Positions 49,956-62,080 of a stretch of 64,000 bases of DNA are shown here, in pieces. Origin of the DNA: Geosiphon pyriformis uo1 (lineage: Eukaryota > Fungi > Glomeromycota); contig JAAOMT010000039.1 in the NCBI GenBank assembly GCA_016748015.1, positions 144,293 to 208,292 of the forward strand. Direction: 5' to 3'. Made by a program: the position numbers and the translations under genes. The notes under the pieces were generated by a model. The model made no database searches, had not been told where the DNA came from, and worked only from the letters and a program-made list of their open reading frames with translations. How positions within the stretch are numbered: the stretch's first letter is position 1; each line of letters begins with the position of its first letter.

Positions 49956-51265
49956 TTATTTCTTCTTATAACAATTACCAGTAATCCCATCTTTGGAACA
50001 CCGACCGCAAATTGGCTCTATTCTATCACAGCCACGATGTCTTTGGCGACAACGAGGACATGGTGATGGTTTTATGAGAGGAGCCGTGGTGGAGGACGGA
50101 TCGGGAGATGGTGACGTGATATTTCGAGTGTTTTGGGACTTTTTAAAAGCAAAAGGATCAGATTATTAACTATAAGTGATCTAAAACCAAGGAAATTTTA
50201 CAAACCCTATTTACTTGTGAAGCAAGAGCCGAGTTTTTTGGAGTCGGAGTTGGAGATTTTGCGGTCGCGAGTTTCTTATCGAATATTTGTAAATTTAATG
50301 TTTAGTACTTTTTATTCACAATTCTATTGACAGAAGGAATAGTTTCATTTATTTACCTTAGAACTAGATCTCGTCGATTTTGATCCCTCCACAGGTCTCC
50401 TATTCGATCGACTTTGATTATATAATATTACTGACGAATTTCGCCTTTTTTGGGCTCGGTAATCAGGTTCTGCCGTCGCAGGTCTTTTACCAGTAGATTT
50501 GGTTGATTTATAAGAGTTTGGAGATTCAAAGTAATCTTTACTTTTTGACCCGCCTTTGCTATTACTTGCCGACGATTTCCCTGTTGAAATTTTTTGCTGC
50601 TTTGCCGAAATGGGTGCTCTTTTAGGAGAAACGCTGATGGGAGCCGATAGACTTTTCAGTTTATAACTTTGCCTCGTAGCATATGGTCTGAGGGTCGATA
50701 TTTTATCAAAGACGCTCGAATCATCTAGAAAAGGGTTTGGGACATTAGGTTGATGATCCACGGTATAATTTTCCGGACTGGAACCACGTTCGCTTTCATC
50801 ACAGTCATTTTCAGATATCGCATCATCATATTCTTTTTCATCTCCCGAAATCTCTGCTGCTGAGGTATCCTCTTCAGTATATTCAATCAGGGATGAAGGA
50901 ATATTTTGTCTTCCATCGGGGAAATAATCCTGTGATAAATAATCTCTACTAAGGTCTGAATCTTCTATGCCTTCGAAAGCCAGGCTTTCTTCAAATACTT
51001 TTTCGTGTGGATAATTTCGTTGGTATGTATCTGAAGATTCCACATGAACCAAATAAGAATTACTGGCAGCTTCCTCAAAAGAATCATAGTCAAGCGGAAC
51101 CAGAATATTATGTTTGTCGTATAATTTTTCGAATGAGTTCAAGTGATAAACCTGACAAATTTTTTCATGAATCATATCGGGAGTATCGGAGTCACAAATC
51201 TTTATGAGACGAGGCGAGTTGGTTCCCCCTTTGTAAATCAAAATTGTTTTGAAGTCTGCAGTCAT
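49956..51265 (-). CDS. Protein with C-terminal Zn(II)2Cys6 binuclear cluster (exons 51265-50357, 50274-50215, 50138-49956; about 383 aa)
   Basis: Two phase-0 GT-AG introns extend the 306-aa ORF to CPRCRQRHRGCDRIEPICGRCSKDGITGNC (C-x2-C-x6-C-x6-C-x2-C-x8-C). Confidence 0.85.
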
Positions 51266-52439
51266 TTTTGTTGGCTTAGGAGAAGAAATGGGGGAAATTT
51301 AATTAACCGACTATAAAATTTCGAATTTTGAGAGTCCCCGAAACAAGGATTCAAAGGGGGCGAGGCAAAATTTAAAAGATTGATTTTCGGATAGCAACCA
51401 ATTAGTAAAATAATAATTATCTGGGTGCCTTTCAGTATTTGATATTATTCGAAATAAATTTTCCCGTTTTTCTTCCAAATTTTTCCTTCCTTCCTACCTT
51501 CGTTTTACCGGCGGGGGAAATTTTCGTTCGTTGATGCGGTCTCTGGATTGGGAAAAGCTTCACCTAAAGCATAAGAGGGTAACACCATTCACCCATAACG
51601 ATATGCAGAAAAGTTTACTAACTATATATCTGATTGCCCGCATCAATGTGTACACTGTTGATCATTATATCAAAGCAGCTCCTCAATAAATGCCTTTATA
51701 AATTTATTTATAAAAAAAAAAACCTTTTGTCAAAATAAGAAAAATGATTATAAGAATTTATTAAAATATTTTTAATAATAATTTTATAGAATAATTAATT
51801 TTTTTTTACTTTTTATTAATTCATTAATAAATTAATATTACATAAATTAGTATTATTATTTATTTATTATTTTTTAACTTTTATTTTATTTAAGAATTTA
51901 ATTAATTATTTATTTATTGTTATAATTATTTATTTATTTATTTATTGTTATTATAATTATTTAAGTATTTATTTATTTATTGTTATTATAATTATTATTT
52001 GCAATTAATTAATTATTATACTTATAAAAATTAATTAAAAATTTATTTTTTAATCTTTAAAAATAATTTATTTAAAATATTTTATCAATTTAATTTTTTT
52101 TTCAAAAAGTTTTAAACAATATAAAATATTATATATTATTTATTTATAATAATAATAATAATAATAATAATAATTAATAATTTAATTATAATTAATAATA
52201 AAGTAAAAGCTTACCATTTTTTTTTAAATTTAAAAGTAAAAATAATATGATTTGATTCATATTTTAAAAAGCAAAATGTTTTTTAAAATAAAAAAAATAA
52301 AAAAAATAGTGTCCTATATCTTAATCTAGCTAGATCCTAAATTTTGTTTATATATCACGTATAGTTTCTGAAGAATTAATATACATATACATTTATTTAA
52401 CTAAATAAGGAATCTCGATTCTATGGAATCCCGGATAAA

Positions 52440-53080
52440 AAAATATTCTTAAAAAAAGAAGATATTCTTACGTCAGTGTTATGCTACTCATGAAGAAAAA
52501 TATCCTGAACCCTGGGGATTTGAGCCGGTATTTTTCCTTCGAATAAATATATATTCCAATACCAACTTTGATATTTTGATAGGCTAATAATCTATAATTT
52601 TTTAAAGCTCGGTGATCCAAATGAAATTTACTGCGGATTATATCTTCGCATCCTTTAAAAGAAAAATAAAGACTGAATTGAAAGAAATACCTATCGATAA
52701 ACTTTATTTATAAAAGAACTCTGCAGGAGTGAATACTTAAACAAAGTTGAAGTGACAAGTCCGAACTCTAGGCACTGACATTAGCTCTATATTGACAACT
52801 TTCAAATGAATGGCAAACAATCCGAGATAAAAGTTAAAACACTTTTAAATTATATCGTGTAACTGACAGATATTTTTTTGAGGTGCTTATGAATGAGGTC
52901 CAGAAACTAGTTTGTTTCTCATTCAAACACACAGATGCTGCCATAATCCTTTTTGAAGAAGTCTCAAAACCGAGATTATGAAGTAGGCGGCGTAATTCGG
53001 AAGGCTATAAGGATATTTCATCTCGCCAAGATGGATATCCTAATTTTAGTGATTTCAATAAATTCTTTACAGATTTTTTA
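52440..53080 (+). pseudogene. Possible degraded coding fragment
   Basis: GC-richer island with short coding-like stretches broken by stops; family not recognised. Confidence 0.25.
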
Positions 53081-55192
53081 TGAAAAAATCCTTAATATTT
53101 TCAAACTGTTGTAAATTTATTGTATTCATTTTCCCTTAAATCCTGTTTAGTTTAAAGTCACAAATAATAGGAAAAAAATGTCCAATTAACAGTCATTTAA
53201 TATTAGAAATGATTAAAAAATATTTTATTTTAATGTGAAAAACAATTAAATTAACAAAGTGTTCAAAATATCAAAAACTTGAAAAGAAAATTAAAAAAAT
53301 AGGCTTATATATAGAATAATGATTAGGATCAGTGATTTTTTTAAAAAATAAACATAATAACAATATAATAATTAAAATCATAACTTTCTAAATGTTGAAA
53401 ATTAATTTTGAATAATTATTTAGACTACAATATATATATTATTATTTAAAGGGTATTATAAAAAAAATAGTTTCCATAAAAAGTAACATTTTAGTATCGG
53501 TTTCAAACCTTACACATGTACATGTACATATGTACCTTATTAATTACCATTTATAGTAAAGAATTGATCATCATTTTTTCAAGTTGCTTTCTGTTTTACT
53601 TTTTTAATGTACTTGAAATTATTATTATTATTATTATTATTATAATTATCATGATTTCTTAAAATAAATATGGGAATTACATTTTTAATTCATAAAAATA
53701 ATTCCGTAGAGAAATAGAAAAATAAAAATTTCGCAACCCTTTTTTTCAATAAATTTCATCATTTGGAAGTTTCCTTTACATTCCTGTACTTCGGATATTA
53801 CTACTTTCGTTCTGCATTACCAAAAAAATTGACAAAAGAGAACGTAAAAATCATTTTCAATATTTATAGTTAAGAGCATTTAGAAATTAAAAATAGTTTT
53901 AGAATTTTTGATTTGACGAATTTTATTTTTTGATAAAGAGTAAATAAATGAAAAGAATGTTTTCATAAACAAATATTCATGATCACAGGGCTTTAAAAAT
54001 TGAAAAGACAATCAAAAGGATTTTTCAATTGTATCTTTCATTTTTTCTGAAATAAAGTTAAAAAAATTAAAAACAATACAAATATTGTTTGAATAGAATA
54101 GAATCTAAAAGAGGAAGCATTTTCAATTTAAAATTCATTATACAAGCCCCTAAAAAAATGTAAAGGGTAACAAAGGGAATCATAGAAATTACAAAAAAAG
54201 CCATTTATGATTCTGCAATAAATTATCGAAAATAAGAAAAAACAAAGATATGGAGAAGATTCTCAAAAGATTTGATACCATCTTTATCCATAAAAAAAAA
54301 AAATCCAGTTTTTCAAATTTGTTTAACAAAGATGTATTCATAATTGAAAATTCTCTCTTTTAGATTTGTTTTTGTTTTAGGGTCTCTCTTTGAAAATAAA
54401 ATTTATTTTAACGCGATAAAAATTTGAATATATATAAATTTTTTTGAAGGATTAAACTAAAATATTTTATTTACTAGATTTTTTTCGTGTGAGTGCTTAA
54501 ATCTAATATTTTTTATATATTATATACAAATAAAAAGTGGTTTTATTGATAGTAAAATTCATATTTCATTCAAGAAAGTACATTAACTGATTATTTGTAT
54601 GTGTGATTCTTTAAAGATATCTATCATTTTATTATTCTTTTATATCAATCAATCAATCAATTAAAAACTGATAAAAATTTCGGATCAAATAGATTTGGTT
54701 TTTGGAATATCTGAATATCTGATATTTAAATCACGATTTAAAGATATCAAGTAGAACAATAGGAAAAAGACAATATTTACCAAATATTGTTTTTCAAAAA
54801 TTAAAATCACAATGTGATTTGTGATTGTCGATTAATTCAGTTTTTTTTTTTAAAATATTATACCCTCGTGAGATGGTGATAGTGGTGTCTTAAATACCCG
54901 ATACACAAAGAAATGTTTATAAAAATTGTTTATTGAAAAAAAAAAAGAAGGTATTTCGATTGTCACGGACCATGGGGGGTGGGGTTGAATATCAAACAAA
55001 TTTTTTTAATGACATAAAAATACCGTTTTCCTGAATTTATCTTTCGTCATTTTTTCTTTCGTCAGAGAGATAGAAATCTTTAAAATCTTTAAAATCATTA
55101 CAAATTTTATAAATAAATTTGATTTTTTTTTAAACGAAACAAATTATTTTAAAATTAATTAATTTATCATGGTATTAATAGCCCATGCATTC

Positions 55193-55228
<36 letters not shown>

Positions 55229-55698
55229 NNNNNNNNNNNNNNNNNNNNNNNNNNNNNNNNNNNNNNNNNNNNNNNNNNNNNNNNNNNNNNNNNNNNNNNN
55301 NNNNNNNNNNNNNNNNNNNNNNNNNNNNNNNNNNNNNNNNNNNNNNNNNNNNNNNNNNNNNNNNNNNNNNNNNNNNNNNNNNNNNNNNNNNNNNNNNNNN
55401 NNNNNNNNNNNNNNNNNNNNNNNNNNNNNNNNNNNNNNNNNNNNNNNNNNNNNNNNNNNNNNNNNNNNNNNNNNNNNNNNNNNNNNNNNNNNNNNNNNNN
55501 NNNNNNNNNNNNNNNNNNNNNNNNNNNNNNNNNNNNNNNNNNNNNNNNNNNNNNNNNNNNNNNNNNNNNNNNNNNNNNNNNNNNNNNNNNNNNNNNNNNN
55601 NNNNNNNNNNNNNNNNNNNNNNNNNNNNNNNNNNNNNNNNNNNNNNNNNNNNNNNNNNNNNNNNNNNNNNNNNNNNNNNNNNNNNNNNNNNNNNNNNA
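55229..55698. other. Assembly gap (N run) next to poly(A)
   Basis: Direct reading. Confidence 1.
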
Positions 55699-55897
55699 AA
55701 AGATTAATTTTTTAACAAAAAAAGTATATTTTGGTATCATTAATTTATTTAGTATCTTAATAAATTCTGTATCAAGAAAACCTGAGAACAAAAAAACAAA
55801 GATGCGACAAATAAAATTTTATATTGTTCACAGGTAAAGGAAAAAACTTTTTGTATTGATGATGATTATGATCATGATAATGAAAATGATGATGATC

Positions 55898-55967
<70 letters not shown>
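55898..55967. repeat. (ATA)n microsatellite
   Basis: Direct reading. Confidence 0.95.
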
Positions 55968-55968
<1 letters not shown>

Positions 55969-56601
55969 TTTATTCTCATTCATCAGATCTAGCCTATAAA
56001 AAAAGCACAAAAGGTATTTGTAAAGCCTTTGTCTTTCCGTTTAACCTGTTTCTAAAAGTAACAGCCCACCAGTAAATTTTTTCAAAGAGGTGTGACTTTT
56101 ATGAACAATGGAGAATTGTTGTTAATCATGAGAATTATGTCACTTTTGTGATCGGTCGGTTCGTATATTTATACATTACCACCCAATATTGTTAAAAAAA
56201 CGTGATATGTTTCGCTAAAAATAAAATATTGAAAAAAAGCTAGTGTTGGAAGTTGATTATATAAATTTTAATGGATCTGATTTTCAGATCTATTAAAGTA
56301 CAAAACAAAAATTGAAACTTTTGGATAGAATTGTCAAAGCCCATATTTATCAGGAGGTTTTTCAAAAGGTTCACGTGGTCTTTAACCTTCCCTCTTAAAA
56401 ACTTTCAAATATTCGGGGCCCCCCCCCTCCCCCACGCGAGATTAACTAATACCTATTCAAAATCAATAAGTTTTAGCTATCCAGTCTACATAATTCGTTT
56501 TTCTTCAAGCTCTGCGAGTTTTCAGTTTCTGTTGCCTCAATAATTTTTTTAATCTGGAAATTGTTTTTGTGGATTCAAAGTTAATATCCGGCCGCCACTG
56601 C

Positions 56602-56606
<5 letters not shown>

Positions 56607-56633
<27 letters not shown>
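56607..56633. repeat. (AC)n microsatellite
   Basis: Direct reading. Confidence 0.95.
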
Positions 56634-57289
56634 CCACCATTATCAGACAAGAATTTGGAAAATTTCTCAACTCATCGACATTTTGTTGAGTGATCAAAAA
56701 AAAATCTAAACTTCATAAAATCCTTTTGACATAATAAAAGGTTCAATGCCACAAAATTATCAAACCAAAAAATCCGTACCCAATTTTGGTACATTGTACA
56801 AGACTGCACCACTGCGTTACCATGATGATTTTCCCAATTGATACAGATTTTTTTAAAATCACCCCCCTGAATACAATACTTCACTTTTCGATCTGATCCA
56901 CAATTGGGTATGACAAACGCTCCAGATAATGCACAATCAACAGTCTATTGTTCGTCTCAGAGAACCCAGTTATCATGATGACTTTTTTTATTTTCGTGGT
57001 ACGATTCAAATGATTATCCACTTTTGACATTTTCCTAACACACAATGGGTACACGATTTATTGATTCATAATGATATTATACAACCCAAGAGTTGATCGA
57101 TGATTCAATTGTTGGTTGTTGGTATTTTGTTTGCGTGTTCTAATGTGACTTTTTATTTTGTGCTTGGGATGTTTTTTTTTTCTTCCGGAGCTTACAGCCG
57201 TGTAAACACTCTATATAGAAATTCTTATATTAATTAAGGTGACATTTTTCCCCACTTAATCTTCAAACTTGGTCGATTTTTGTTGTCAT

Positions 57290-57342
57290 TAGTAGTAGTA
57301 GTAGTATTGGTAGTAGTAGTCGTAGTAGTAGTAGTAGTAGTA

Positions 57343-57396
<54 letters not shown>

Positions 57397-57407
57397 GTTG
57401 TAGTAGT
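57290..57407. repeat. Compound (GTA)n(ATA)n microsatellite
   Basis: Direct reading. Confidence 0.95.
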
Positions 57408-57673
57408 ACTCTTGTTCTTTTTTGCATGTATTTAGGGTGTGTTATTCTTTATACATCTCTTCTCATAATCAATCAGCAAATTAGCAATTGTCACACGAAC
57501 ACAAGAAACAATAACCCGGAATAAATTAACATATATATATAAATATCTTGCTGCCGTTCTTTTCAACTCAAAAAAATTATCAGGGACACGCGCTCGCGAC
57601 TTCTTTGTAAAAAAGGCCATCATTAATTCCAATTTATCGGCATTAATTTGCACAATAAAGACTTGCTTCATTT

Positions 57674-57711
<38 letters not shown>

Positions 57712-57725
57712 AATCATAATCATCA
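57674..57725. repeat. (CAT)n microsatellite just upstream of the F-box ATG
   Basis: Direct reading. Confidence 0.95.
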
Positions 57726-57731
57726 AACAAA

Positions 57732-59339
57732 ATGTATATAGAAAACGGCATAAATCTTTTACCACCAGAGATTCTCAGTCAAGTTTTCAGGAACTTGCAA
57801 GGTGATAGTAAAAGTTTATTCTCCTGTCTACTGGTGAGCAGAGCATGGTGTCGACAAGTTGTACCGATACTGTGGAGTTCTCCGTTACGTTACGGTTGTG
57901 TGAAAGAAGAGTCTAGCGGATTTTTTATCGAATCATTATTATCGTGTTTGAATCTTGACGAACGGGAAGAGTTACGGGTAGCTGGTATCAATCTCGATAA
58001 ACCAAGAAAACCTTTCTTTGAGTACACGAATTGGATTCGAGAATTTGATTTTAAATCATTGGACATTAAAGTCTCCTATTGGTTTTACAACCATTACCTG
58101 ACCAACAGTCTAAATTACAAATCCGCTCAAGGGTCTAATAATTCTCAAATTGCTGCCGTGACCACACAACTCTCAAAGTTAATCACAAATAGATCCCCTT
58201 TATTGACCAGTTTCTGGTTAACTAAACGAGATTCATCCATAAGCACACAAAGTTTACCTGATTTCACCACTTTTCATAGACTAGATTTTGCCTTACGACG
58301 ATTCGAACATGTTTATCTACATGGAAACTTTGATGAATTTGACGAACAAGATATTGACAACGTTCATTCTTTATTGAGTGCGATGAAAGTTGTGTGTCGA
58401 AATATTCAAATTTTGGAAATTGAATTTCGTGGCTGTACCGACCTTTTCGAAAGACATGTTGAAGGTTTAATCCGATTACAAAAAGGTCTCGAAGAAGTTG
58501 CCTTTGATGATATCTCTGCGATGCAAACTTCTGCGATCGCTGCACTTGCTTCTCAATCTCATTCACTCATCACCCTGGAATTTAGAAGTAGTTGCCTGGA
58601 CAGAATCTCCCTTAGTCCATTGTCAAATTGTACAAAATTGAAGACTTTGGTTTTTGATGAATGTGAAATGTTTCCTGATGATTTCTGGCGTCCGTTGTTA
58701 TGTAGTCAGATAAAATTGGAGAAGCTTCATCTTCGTGATAATCATTCTTACGGCAATTTGGAAGATCTAATCAGTTTGATTCAAAAGTGCGGACCATCTC
58801 TACGAGAACTTCAATTAATACAACCATCCATTCCTCCAACTCTTTTACATACTGTCGCTCAATGTTGTCCCAATCTCACACATTTGGATGTTTTAGCTGA
58901 TCCATCGTTGACAACAGCTTTGCAACATGTTCTTTCTCGATGCGATCAACTTACCTATTTTTCCCTACGTGGTGAAGATGACGAAAATATTAATTGTGAT
59001 GAATTATTACCAGCCTTAATAGAAGGCTTCCCAGAATCGGTACGTCATGTGAATCTATATTTTCCTGTGACGGCTACCGCTCTATCAACATTTTTAAGAG
59101 TTTGTGGTGGGCCATTACGAAAGTTGGGATTGCATCAAGTTGAAGGGATCTCGGATGAATGCGTGAAACTTTTAGCCGAATACGGTACAAGTCCTCAAGC
59201 ATCTAAAGATCTTATAATTGGGATCGATCAGCAGACCTTACAATTTAAATGTGATAAATTCTTGGTGGAAAATTTAAAGAAATCGTGCCGATATACTCAT
59301 GTTCTTTATTCCGATGCTAATCTTATACCTAGTTTTTGA
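57732..59339 (+). CDS. F-box / RNI-like leucine-rich repeat protein, 535 aa
   Basis: F-box LLPPEILSQVFRNL..SLFSCLLVSRAWCRQVVPILWSSPL; LRR-like CTKLKTLVF, CPNLTHLDV, CDQLTYFSL. Confidence 0.95.
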   Translation: MYIENGINLLPPEILSQVFRNLQGDSKSLFSCLLVSRAWCRQVVPILWSSPLRYGCVKEESSGFFIESLLSCLNLDEREELRVAGINLDKPRKPFFEYTNWIREFDFKSLDIKVSYWFYNHYLTNSLNYKSAQGSNNSQIAAVTTQLSKLITNRSPLLTSFWLTKRDSSISTQSLPDFTTFHRLDFALRRFEHVYLHGNFDEFDEQDIDNVHSLLSAMKVVCRNIQILEIEFRGCTDLFERHVEGLIRLQKGLEEVAFDDISAMQTSAIAALASQSHSLITLEFRSSCLDRISLSPLSNCTKLKTLVFDECEMFPDDFWRPLLCSQIKLEKLHLRDNHSYGNLEDLISLIQKCGPSLRELQLIQPSIPPTLLHTVAQCCPNLTHLDVLADPSLTTALQHVLSRCDQLTYFSLRGEDDENINCDELLPALIEGFPESVRHVNLYFPVTATALSTFLRVCGGPLRKLGLHQVEGISDECVKLLAEYGTSPQASKDLIIGIDQQTLQFKCDKFLVENLKKSCRYTHVLYSDANLIPSF

Positions 59340-59358
59340 AAATCGGGTAATCGACGAA

Positions 59359-60653
59359 TTTAATTTATTAATAGTTTCAACGAGCTCTTTAAATATATAT
59401 ATATATATGTCTTTTTTTGTTTTTTTTTGTTTTTTTTTGTTTTTTTTTGGGCTAATTAGGCTTTATCTGTAATATAATTTTTCTTTTTATTTCTAAATAG
59501 TAACTCATCCATGGCATTCAAGTCATCTTTTTCATTTTTTCATTCATATTTCATCAAAACTTTTTTTCAAACTTCATATTCATCATATTTGCACATAGTA
59601 TCAATCCCCATTGCATATATTTTTTTTAGGAAATCATAACAAACAACAATATAATCTTTAAAAATAAAGCTCGTGGTAAAAATTTCTGAAATATTTGATT
59701 TTTAATAATGGGGGAATTTTTAAAAGAACCCATAACACAAACGATATGATTGATGGAAGGATAATGTTGTCAAGGTGTGCCATCAATTTTTTGACTCTGA
59801 TCTGTAGATTACAATGTGGATTGTATGTTTTTATTTTCGTAATTAATAATCGTAATGGATAATGGTTAAAATATTTTTTAAATTTATTCATTCTAATTAA
59901 AAGATAAATAATGAATGTGACTTGCGTGAAAATCTTTAGCAATTTTTTGAAAATATTATTTTGTATAGAAAAGTTCATTATTTTTAATTATATAGTTTTT
60001 TAATAGAATGTAAATATTTTCAAAGCATAAAAGAGCCAGTATTAAAAATGATTTTTGCTTTTTTTGAAAAAAAAAAAAAAAAAAAAATCATTAANNNNNN
60101 NNNNNNNNNNNNNNNNNNNNNNNNNNNNNNNNNNNNNNNNNNNNNNNNNNNNNNNNNNNNNNNNNNNNNNNNNNNNNNNNNNNNNNNNNNNNNNNNNNNN
60201 NNNNNNNNNNNNNNNNNNNNNNNNNNNNNNNNNNNNNNNNNNNNNNNNNNNNNNNNNNNNNNNNNNNNNNNNNNNNNNNNNNNNNNNNNNNNNNNNNNNN
60301 NNNNNNNNNNNNNNNNNNNNNNNNNNNNNNNNNNNNNNNNNNNNNNNNNNTAAAAAAAAAAAAAAAAAAAAAAAGATCATTAACAGCTTTTTTCACTCAC
60401 TCGACATTATTGAAAAAAACCTTTGTGAATATCGTTATTATTTCAGGACAAAAAGATTCCTATCTTGGAGAACAAGTTAGAAAAAAGCATGGGGTCTTAA
60501 GATTTAAAAGCTTTTGCATTGGTATTACTATATATATTGCATACTACCCCCTATTTTTTTTTTCTATAGCTACACAACAGAAAAAAAATATCTTTTTCAT
60601 TTCCTTTGTCATCATCATGTCAATGCACTCATTTTAAACTTTTCTTAATCAAG
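59359..60653. repeat. Dispersed repeat, copy C (spans an assembly gap)
   Basis: Collinear with copy B from its left edge and with A and B to the ttttcttaatcaag end. Confidence 0.8.
60095..60350. other. Assembly gap (N run)
   Basis: Direct reading. Confidence 1.
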
Positions 60654-61414
60654 TTCAATACAATTCGAGAATTTTGGTTTATTGTCTTCTTTTATTAGTT
60701 CGAAAGGTATACAGTTTCTTTTTTATTTTTATTTTTTTGCATTATTAGGAAAACGAATATTTTTATTTTTTCAATTTCCCGAGTCATTAAATATGATATT
60801 AAAATTATGAGAAGATCATGCGTCATTTGTTTTAAGGGGTAAAACGTCCAAATTTAGAATTTTTATTATTGTGAAACTTCTTTTTTCTTTTTCTTTTTTC
60901 TTTTTCTTTTTCTTTTTTTTTAAGCCACACAAACTTGAAAAGGAAGAAAGAAAAAATGACGTTAAGAGACATATCATTGCATTTTTATTTTTTATTTTTT
61001 ATTTTTTATTTTTTTTTTGCAAACATAATACTTTTTCTCCCCTTGAGATTTTTTACTTTGAAATCTTAATTTATTTATATATTTAAAAGTCTATATAAAT
61101 TTTTTTGTATTTTGATTAATTATAAAAAAAAAAATTTATAATTGTTAATTAATTTTAATTAATTAATTAACTATGCACATTTTTTATATTATAAAATTAA
61201 TACTTGATATGCTTTTTAATTATTATCAATGTATATATATTTTAAAATAAATTTTAGAATAATATCTTAATAAGTTGTAATCAATATAATATAATGTTTA
61301 ATAATCATATAATAATAATTTTAAATTATATAAACACAATTATTTCTAATTCATAGAATCCTAATTTGCTATATTTCTAATATTCTTAATTAGTTTTAAG
61401 TTATATGATTTTTA

Positions 61415-61520
<106 letters not shown>

Positions 61521-62002
61521 CAAAAAATTTTATATTAAACTGTCGTGATTTTTTATTTTTCATAAATATTGTTTTTTTTATGTTAAATTAACATATTATA
61601 TAAACTTTTTTGTATTTTGTTTCAATATTTTATATGTTAACAAAATAAATAAAATAAAATAAATATATACTATTTTTACACAAAATATTTTTTGAAACTT
61701 TGGTTAATAATTTAAAAAAATATTTTTTAGTTTGTAAATTCTAAGACTGAAATGTTTTTTTTTTTTAAAATTAAAATGTTTACAATACGAGTTTTTTGAT
61801 TATATAATAGCTTAATTAAACAATAATATTTGGAAATAATGTTTTTATAAATAAATTCTCTTACAAATTTTGTATTTAGTTGTTAAATTGCTTTGGTTTT
61901 TCACTGTTTGATAAAATAAATTTATCGTTTTTACAATATATTAATTTTTTTTTTAGTTGTAATATATAAAAATCCAATTAAATAAATTGTAATTTAATTA
62001 AA

Positions 62003-62080
62003 ATATTTGTTTCATTTTGATTTAAATTTCAAAGTATATTTGTTTCATTTTGATTTAAATTTAAAAATATATTTGTTTCA
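62003..62080. repeat. 32-bp tandem duplication
   Basis: atatttgtttcattttgatttaaattt repeated about 2.4 times. Confidence 0.8.

Noticed and set aside
55159-55837. Long ORFs across the first N run
   Set aside because: Artefacts of N translation and poly(A)
55828-56010. Poly-Ile ORF
   Set aside because: Translation of the (ATA)n microsatellite
26052-56377. Several CACGTG E-boxes (about 26052, 34075, 34492, 49586, 56372)
   Set aside because: Six-base motif with no conservation evidence available; cannot be distinguished from chance
60042-60480. ORFs across the second N run; poly(A)+atcattaa on both sides
   Set aside because: Artefacts; the two gap edges look like the same sequence, so the gap may be false
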